Source of the DNA: Syntrophorhabdaceae bacterium
GTDB taxonomy: Bacteria > Desulfobacterota > Syntrophorhabdia > Syntrophorhabdales > Syntrophorhabdaceae
NCBI GenBank assembly: GCA_963665295.1
Contig: OY762209.1
Span: 2,752,001-2,816,000, forward strand
DNA length: 64,000 nucleotides
Direction of reading: 5' to 3'
Numbering within the stretch: position 1 is the first letter of the stretch; the number at the start of each line of letters is the position of its first letter. The translations under genes and the position numbers were made by a program. The notes under the pieces were generated by a model. It did no database searches. It saw only the letters and a list, made by a program, of their open reading frames with translations, and had not been told where the DNA came from. Shown here one piece after another: positions 58,114 through 64,000 of this stretch.

Positions 58114-58662
58114 TTATGTTCCGGTGTTCTGTTTCTTCGAGAAATAGTGGTGGAACGCGACAATTACGAGGGCATGGTTTATGATGCCCTTGCCGATGAG
58201 GGACATTACCTCGGAAACAGGCAAAAGCTCGACCTCTATATCTTCGTCAGGGTCAAGGTCAATATCGGAAACCTTCTTCACACCTTCCACAAGGTACGTG
58301 TAGCAAGTGTTGTTGAAGATAGCGGGGTTCGGGTTTGTCGACCCGAGGAAGGTGACCTTTTCTCCCCGATAACCCGTTTCTTCGAGAAGTTCGCGCACCG
58401 CGGCGTCCTCGGGGCTCGCTTCCTCCACGAGGCCCCCGGGTATTTCGAGGGTGAGTTCCTTCGACCCGTGCCGCCACTGGCGGATCATGACAATCTCCCC
58501 GTTATCCGTAACGGGGATTACGTTGACCCAGTCGTTGGTGTCTATCACGTAGAAGCGGCCTTCCTTGCTGGTCCTCGGTGACAGAGACCGTTCGCTCTTT
58601 ATCCGGAATATCCTGTAGTCCCGGTCTATCTCAGACTCTATCAGTTCCCATTCTCTCAGCAT
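58114..58662 (-). CDS. NUDIX hydrolase (ADP-ribose pyrophosphatase-like)
   Basis: QWRHG, LEIPGGLVE...AAVRELLEETGY Nudix box. Confidence 0.9.
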   Translation of the reverse strand: MLREWELIESEIDRDYRIFRIKSERSLSPRTSKEGRFYVIDTNDWVNVIPVTDNGEIVMIRQWRHGSKELTLEIPGGLVEEASPEDAAVRELLEETGYRGEKVTFLGSTNPNPAIFNNTCYTYLVEGVKKVSDIDLDPDEDIEVELLPVSEVMSLIGKGIINHALVIVAFHHYFSKKQNTGT

Positions 58663-58730
58663 GGCGTGTCCGTGAAGAAAGTACCACAGGATGTCCCGTG
58701 TTTTCAACAGGCCCGTTCTGAAATTTGCGG

Positions 58731-61406
58731 TTATTTCAGGGCCAGCCGCACCTGGGTTGTCTCTCCGTCCTCTTCGCGTTCCATGGTGAACCCCAATTTG
58801 AGGACTATTCGAAGCATCTTGTCGTTTTCCGAGAGCACGGTCCCGTGGATTCCCTCAAGACCCTGGTCCTGGGCCACCCCTATGAGCACGTCCACCAGTT
58901 TGTAACCGAGCCCTTTCCCTTGAAAATTATCATGGACGAGGACGGCGTACTCGGCCTCCCGAAAATCAGGATCGACGATAAGCCTTCCGATGGCCACGAT
59001 CCTTTTCTGCTCGCCTTCCCGGACCTCCGCCACAATAGCCATCTCCCTCTCGTAGTCTATGTTGCAGAACCGGACAAGCATTTCGTGAGAGATATCGCTT
59101 ATCATGGAGAAGAATCTGGTACGCATCGTCTCCGGTTTGAGGGTGGCGAGCATCTCATGCTCCAGGTGTTCATCCTCGGGCTTGATGGGGCGCAGGGTCA
59201 TCTGAGTCCCATCGGGTAATTCGTAGGTCGTTACATACCGGGTAGGGTAGGGCGTTATTACGAGATGGGGGTATGGGGATTCATAGTCCATGGACTCCCT
59301 GTCGATCACTATCCTCGCATCGAGTGAGTACACCCCGCCTTTTGATATGGCAATGGGGTTTATGTCCATTTCCGCGATTTCCGGAAAGTCCACTATGAGG
59401 TTGGAAAAACTTACCAATATCTGTTCAAGCCGTTTCATGTCGGCAGGCGGTCTCCCTCTGAAGCCCTTAAGCATCTTGTATACTTCGGTTTCCTCCATCA
59501 GCCTTCGCGCAAGGGTCTGGTTGAGCGGCGGGAGACCTATGGCCACGTCCTTAAAGACCTCCGTTCCTATGCCGCCCATGCCGAAGAGGATCACCGTTCC
59601 GAAATCCTTATCCTTTTTCGCGCCGAGGATGACTTCGTAGTCTATCTTCGGAATCATCTTCTGGACGGATATCCCTTTTATCGAGGCTTCCGGCGCGTTC
59701 AACTCCACGCTGGTCAGCAGGTGGGCATATTCAGACTTCAGTTGGGCATCCGATTCTATCCCGACCTTCACTCCCCCCACATCACTCTTATGAGATATGT
59801 CGTGGGAAACCACCTTGAGGACCACGGGGTACCCTATTCTTCTCGCCGCAGCCAGCGCGGTTTCCACATCCCGGACCATGTACGGATCGGTTCTCGGTAT
59901 GTCGTAGTTTACCAGAAAATCCTTCGATTCCCCCTCGGTCAGAAGGGTCCTCCCTTCCCTTGCGATTCGCCGGAGAAGAACTTTCAGATGGTTCTTCGAT
60001 GGCGCCTGTTTCACGGTAAGCTCCGTGGGTGTTTCGTAAAGGAGGGTAAGGTTCCTATGGTACCGGTACATGTAGAAGTACGTTTTTACCGCGTCTTCCG
60101 GGGTGTCGTAGGTGGGAATGCTGTTTTGAAGGAACAGGTCTCTCGCTTTCTGCACCGTTTCTCCACCCACGAAGGCGGTGATTACGGGCTTCCGGCAGGT
60201 ACGGGCTATTTCCACGATAGACCCGGCAAGGGTCTCGGCATTGAGGATGGCCTGAGGTCCGTAGATCGCGAGAAGCCCATCAACCTCACGGTCGCGAAGA
60301 CATATCTTGATAGCCGATGCATAGCGTTCGCTGTCCGCGTCTCCCAACACGTCCACGGGGTTTCCCTTGCTCCAGAAGGGTGGAAGAATGGCGTTCAACT
60401 CGCCGATGGTTTCATCGGAAAGCTTTGAAAGCTCTCCATGGAGGTCCATCACCGTATCGGTAGCCATGACGCCGAAACCTCCGGCGTTGGTGACAATGGC
60501 CAGCTTGCGTCCTTTGGGGAGATAATTCGAGTCGAGAACCGAGGCGGCATTGAAGAGATCGGAGAATTCCCTGACACGGATTACACCCGCCCGTTTAAAC
60601 GCGGCGTCATAAACCTGATCGTCGCCCGCCAGGGCGCCCGTGTGGGAAAGGGCCGCCTTTGCGCTCTCCGGAAATCTGCCCGGTTTTACGATAACTATGG
60701 GTTTGGTTCTTGCAAAGCCCCGGGCGGCGCTCATAAACTTTTTTGCATTTCCCACCCCTTCCATGTAGAGCATGATGCTCCTCGTATAACGGTCGCTTCC
60801 GAGGAAGTCGATGAGATCACCGAAATCCATATCGATCATCGACCCGAGGGAGGCGAACATGCTGAAGCCCACGTGGGCCTTTATGGCCCAGTCTAGTATG
60901 GCCCCTCCAAGGGCGCCGCTCTGCGAGATAAATGCGATATTTCCCGGGTCCGGGTTGGCCTTGAGGAAGGACGCGTTCAACCCCGTGTGGGGTCGTATCA
61001 CGCCTATGCAGTTTGGCCCCACAACCCGGATCCCGTATTCCTTTCTTACCGCGAGTATTTTCTCTTCGAGAAGCAGGCCCTCTTTCCCCACCTCCTTGAA
61101 GCCCGACGAGACAATGACGGCCCCTTGTACATCGGCCCGGGCGCATTCCTCGACAAGTTCAGGCACGGTGTTCGCGGGAGTGGCAATAACCGCGAGGTCA
61201 ATGGGTTCCGATATGTCCGCCACACCGGGGTAGCACCTGAGCCCCATAATGCTCTCCTTGCCGGGGTTCACAGGGAATATCCTTCGCTTCCCCGGGGCCG
61301 TAAGGTTTTCGAGGATTGCCCGCCCTACGGACCCTTCCTCCTCGCTCGCGCCGATGAGGGCCACGGTAGCCGGATTGAACATGGCGTTGATGCTGTGTGA
61401 TTTCAT
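58731..61406 (-). CDS. Acyl-CoA synthetase (NDP-forming)-like/GNAT fusion, Pat/YfiQ-type protein lysine acetyltransferase
   Basis: ALIGAS, GPNCIG, SQSGA, SHTGALAG, NPVDVLGDA, HKSDVGGV, DINP, C-terminal GNAT (RPIKPED, QGKGLG). Confidence 0.9.
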   Translation of the reverse strand: MKSHSINAMFNPATVALIGASEEEGSVGRAILENLTAPGKRRIFPVNPGKESIMGLRCYPGVADISEPIDLAVIATPANTVPELVEECARADVQGAVIVSSGFKEVGKEGLLLEEKILAVRKEYGIRVVGPNCIGVIRPHTGLNASFLKANPDPGNIAFISQSGALGGAILDWAIKAHVGFSMFASLGSMIDMDFGDLIDFLGSDRYTRSIMLYMEGVGNAKKFMSAARGFARTKPIVIVKPGRFPESAKAALSHTGALAGDDQVYDAAFKRAGVIRVREFSDLFNAASVLDSNYLPKGRKLAIVTNAGGFGVMATDTVMDLHGELSKLSDETIGELNAILPPFWSKGNPVDVLGDADSERYASAIKICLRDREVDGLLAIYGPQAILNAETLAGSIVEIARTCRKPVITAFVGGETVQKARDLFLQNSIPTYDTPEDAVKTYFYMYRYHRNLTLLYETPTELTVKQAPSKNHLKVLLRRIAREGRTLLTEGESKDFLVNYDIPRTDPYMVRDVETALAAARRIGYPVVLKVVSHDISHKSDVGGVKVGIESDAQLKSEYAHLLTSVELNAPEASIKGISVQKMIPKIDYEVILGAKKDKDFGTVILFGMGGIGTEVFKDVAIGLPPLNQTLARRLMEETEVYKMLKGFRGRPPADMKRLEQILVSFSNLIVDFPEIAEMDINPIAISKGGVYSLDARIVIDRESMDYESPYPHLVITPYPTRYVTTYELPDGTQMTLRPIKPEDEHLEHEMLATLKPETMRTRFFSMISDISHEMLVRFCNIDYEREMAIVAEVREGEQKRIVAIGRLIVDPDFREAEYAVLVHDNFQGKGLGYKLVDVLIGVAQDQGLEGIHGTVLSENDKMLRIVLKLGFTMEREEDGETTQVRLALK

Positions 61407-61697
61407 CTCATTTATTCTCCTCTTCCCACTTCCCTCAAAACCCCGGGGACAGGGCCGGCGGCATGGACGCAACAAGGCGACCCCTCCCGAACAGGTTATT
61501 TGCCGTTAAGTGCGTTGAATTTCATGACGCCCATCTCATGGCCCGCCGTGCGCGACGGGTACAGGCAGGATGTCTACAGCTCGAATGGAAAAGATGGGCC
61601 ATGGGACGCCCGTGCCGGTGTTCATCGTCATTATCTCCGCCCGAATAATTCCGATGCCGATAGGGAAACTGTATGCCGGGATTATGCTGTTTCCCGG

Positions 61698-62036
61698 TCA
61701 GCAGGAAACCATGATCTCTCCGCAACAGACCAGGTCGCACTCACCGGAGCAGGAACAGATCCTTTCCACTACTACAGCCATTCCGCACGACGGACACTCG
61801 AAACGGGCGCCTGCTGCGGTCACGGGTTTTCCGGGGGCTCTTTTCTTGGCTGGGGCAGCCTTCTTTGCGGGCGCCGCTTCTACCGCGGCCGTCCTGCCGG
61901 GGGCAGCCGCCCTTTTCCGGGCGGGCGCGGGCGCACTCTTCCCGGCGGCAACGGTTGCTTTCTTCTGCGGTTCCCTTTTTGACGCGGCTTCAGCTTTGAC
62001 GGTCTTTTCTTTACCTTCCGCCTTCTTCATCGCCAT
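61698..62036 (-). CDS. Ala/Lys/Pro-rich protein with C-terminal desulforedoxin-like Cys domain
   Basis: PAKKAAPAKK low-complexity region followed by FECPSCG...CSC..CDLVCCGEIM. Confidence 0.72.
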   Translation of the reverse strand: MAMKKAEGKEKTVKAEAASKREPQKKATVAAGKSAPAPARKRAAAPGRTAAVEAAPAKKAAPAKKRAPGKPVTAAGARFECPSCGMAVVVERICSCSGECDLVCCGEIMVSC

Positions 62037-62344
62037 GTGTTACCCCCTTTTTGTTTTTTTTGTTTTTGCCGCTTCTATAGTTTAATTCTACAGCAGATGC
62101 ATAATCTGTCAAGGTCATTTTACCTAATAGTATCAGGTAATTCCGTGGACCATCGACGGGTGGCCGGCTACCGGGCGCCCACCGCCTTCGTAGGGCGTCC
62201 GATACTGTCTCCCGGGGGCCGGACTCCTGTAATAGATTGACAAGACCTCCGGAAAAGTAATAATTTTAGGTTGATCCGGGATCGAACGAGGCTCAAGGGC
62301 GGACGAAGGCCCGGAAATAAGGGAGAATCAGGGAATAGGCCGAA

Positions 62345-63730
62345 ATGTCTCCGGAAAGAACGCGTGTGGACCATGGAGTTTTGGGGGCACCCGTCCCTTC
62401 TTTGCCCGGACCACGGCTGACCGTGGGCATCATGGACGGGCGGCGCGAGGTATCGGGTACGCTCAACGGCGGTTTTTCCGTCTTCGGGCCGGGTAACCTG
62501 TCAGGCGGGTTCAGGGCTCACACCTCGGATGGCATGATCGTTCTTGCCGACCGGGACGGCCGGGAGATTGCCCGGGCTCCCCTGGTCAGGCTTGTCGGAC
62601 AGGGGGACGCGACCTTCACGCTCTCCCATGTGACTATCGGGAACCGTTTCCACTGGGAGAGGGCAGAAGATCAGACCTTCCGGGGCGACTTGGTCCTGAA
62701 GCCGCGCATGGACGGGAGTATCACCGTCATCAATGAAATAGCAGTGGAGGAATATCTGGAAAGCGTGATTTCTTCGGAGATGAAAGGCAGCGCGCCCATG
62801 GAATTCCTTAAGGCCCACGCCATCCTTTCCCGCAGTTGGCTCCTTTCGGCCCTTGCCCGGCGAAAGAAGGGCGAGGAGACCAAGGTGATTATCCCTGCGG
62901 GCGGTTCCGGGCCGGGCGAGGTGACGCGCTGGTATGAGCGGGAAGACCATGACCTTTTTGATGTGTGCGCCGATGACCACTGTCAGCGCTACCAGGGTAT
63001 CACGAAGATCATACCCGGGAAAGCCGCGGAGTCCGTCGTGGAAACATGCGGGACCGTGCTTACCTACGGGGGAGAGATTTGCGATGCCCGATACTCCAAG
63101 GCGTGCGGTGGGCTTACGGAAACATTCGAGACCGCCTGGAGTGATACACAGGTTCCCTACCTTGTGAGTATTTCCGATGCGCCTATACGTCATTGCCCGG
63201 TCACCACGGAGGAAGAGGCAGCCCGATGGATCCTCTCGAAGCCTCAGGCCTACTGCAATACGGAGGACGCCTGCATCCTCGAGGATATCCTGCCTGATTT
63301 CGACCGCGAGACAACAGCCTTCTTTCGATGGAAGGTCGAATATGGCCGGGAACAACTGGAAGGGATCATACGGGAGAAATCAGGCATCGACTTAGGGACC
63401 TTGCAAGAAATCACGCCTCTTTTGCGCGGGCCTTCGGGCCGCATTTTCCGGCTGAGGATCACCGGCTCCAAAGAGAGCGTTGTCGTGGGAAAAGAACTCG
63501 AGATCAGGCGCTGGCTCTCCGCGAGCCACCTTTTGAGCAGCGCCTTCATGGTGACCACGGAACGTGGGCCCGGAGGAGAAGTGAGGGGGTTCACTTTCCA
63601 CGGCGCGGGCTGGGGGCATGGGGTAGGGCTTTGCCAGATAGGGGCGGCAGTCATGGCGACCAGGGGTTTCGAGGCAGAGGACATCCTTGGCCATTACTTC
63701 CCCGGAGCGGAGATAAACAAGATATATTGA
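62345..63730 (+). CDS. SpoIID/LytB-domain protein
   Basis: INEIAVEEYLESVISSEM, LKAHAILSRS, DVCADDHCQRYQG, YSKACGG, GWGHGVGLCQIGA. Confidence 0.9.
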   Translation: MSPERTRVDHGVLGAPVPSLPGPRLTVGIMDGRREVSGTLNGGFSVFGPGNLSGGFRAHTSDGMIVLADRDGREIARAPLVRLVGQGDATFTLSHVTIGNRFHWERAEDQTFRGDLVLKPRMDGSITVINEIAVEEYLESVISSEMKGSAPMEFLKAHAILSRSWLLSALARRKKGEETKVIIPAGGSGPGEVTRWYEREDHDLFDVCADDHCQRYQGITKIIPGKAAESVVETCGTVLTYGGEICDARYSKACGGLTETFETAWSDTQVPYLVSISDAPIRHCPVTTEEEAARWILSKPQAYCNTEDACILEDILPDFDRETTAFFRWKVEYGREQLEGIIREKSGIDLGTLQEITPLLRGPSGRIFRLRITGSKESVVVGKELEIRRWLSASHLLSSAFMVTTERGPGGEVRGFTFHGAGWGHGVGLCQIGAAVMATRGFEAEDILGHYFPGAEINKIY

Positions 63731-63767
63731 AAGGGATTTCCGGCTCCGTGAACAGAGAAGGGCGAAA

Positions 63768-64000
63768 ATGAAGAGACGACGGTTCAAGACAGGTTTTATC
63801 CTTGGGGCAGGACTTGGAATGCGGCTCAGGCCTCTGACGGAGGCATGTCCCAAGCCGTTGCTTCCCGTGGGAGGACGTCCTGTCATTACTTACGCCATGG
63901 ACCATCTCATAGGGGTCGGCGTGGACCGTTTCATTGTGAATACCCACCATTGTCCTCACGTGTACGAAGAGAAATTTCCCACCGGTTCGTGGCGGGGCGT
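63768..64000 (+). CDS. Sugar-phosphate nucleotidyltransferase family protein (MurU-like), partial
   Basis: Manual translation from ATG 63768: FILGAGLGMRLRPLTEACPKPLLPVGGRP...VNTHH; runs off the window. Confidence 0.85.
   Translation, partial: MKRRRFKTGFILGAGLGMRLRPLTEACPKPLLPVGGRPVITYAMDHLIGVGVDRFIVNTHHCPHVYEEKFPTGSWRG

Noticed and set aside
61600..61700. Sec read-through of the TGA after ...MVSC
   Set aside because: The desulforedoxin-like domain is already complete and the downstream frame shows no recognisable protein pattern.
1..64000. CRISPR arrays, IS elements, rRNA, dispersed repeats
   Set aside because: No regularly spaced repeats, transposase motifs or rRNA-like tracts seen; intergenic hairpins do not obviously share sequence.

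Overview
Gene-dense, GC-rich chromosomal window from what appears (by inference from gene content) to be an anaerobic deltaproteobacterium/Desulfobacterota-type organism, Syntrophorhabdus-like. It holds about 55 CDSs and one tRNA-Pro(UGG). I saw no rRNA, CRISPR array, transposase or integrase. Core blocks: AddAB-type helicase/nuclease pair; rpsB-tsf-pyrH-frr-uppS-cdsA-dxr-rseP-tsaB; ahbC-hemB-ahbD (alternative heme pathway); phoH-7TM-HD-ybeY-lnt; several signalling genes. The most notable item, absent from the supplied ORF track, is a 78-codon NifU/Nfu-like gene (16270-16506, minus strand) with an in-frame TGA at the position of the second Cys of the Nfu CxxC motif and a SECIS-like hairpin after it. 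It is a candidate selenoprotein with an atypical R-L-H-U-C site, at the end of a same-strand sulfur/Fe-S-themed cluster. Other highlights: a receiver-LpxC fusion; an aspartate 4-decarboxylase homologue with its central PLP domain deleted in frame and ATC at the expected start; an unannotated 43-aa basic ORF divergent from rpsB; a sigma54 promoter with three phased palindromes; an MFS gene frameshifted in a T8 tract; and a histone-H1-like/desulforedoxin-like fusion. All calls come from motif recognition by eye; no searches were run.
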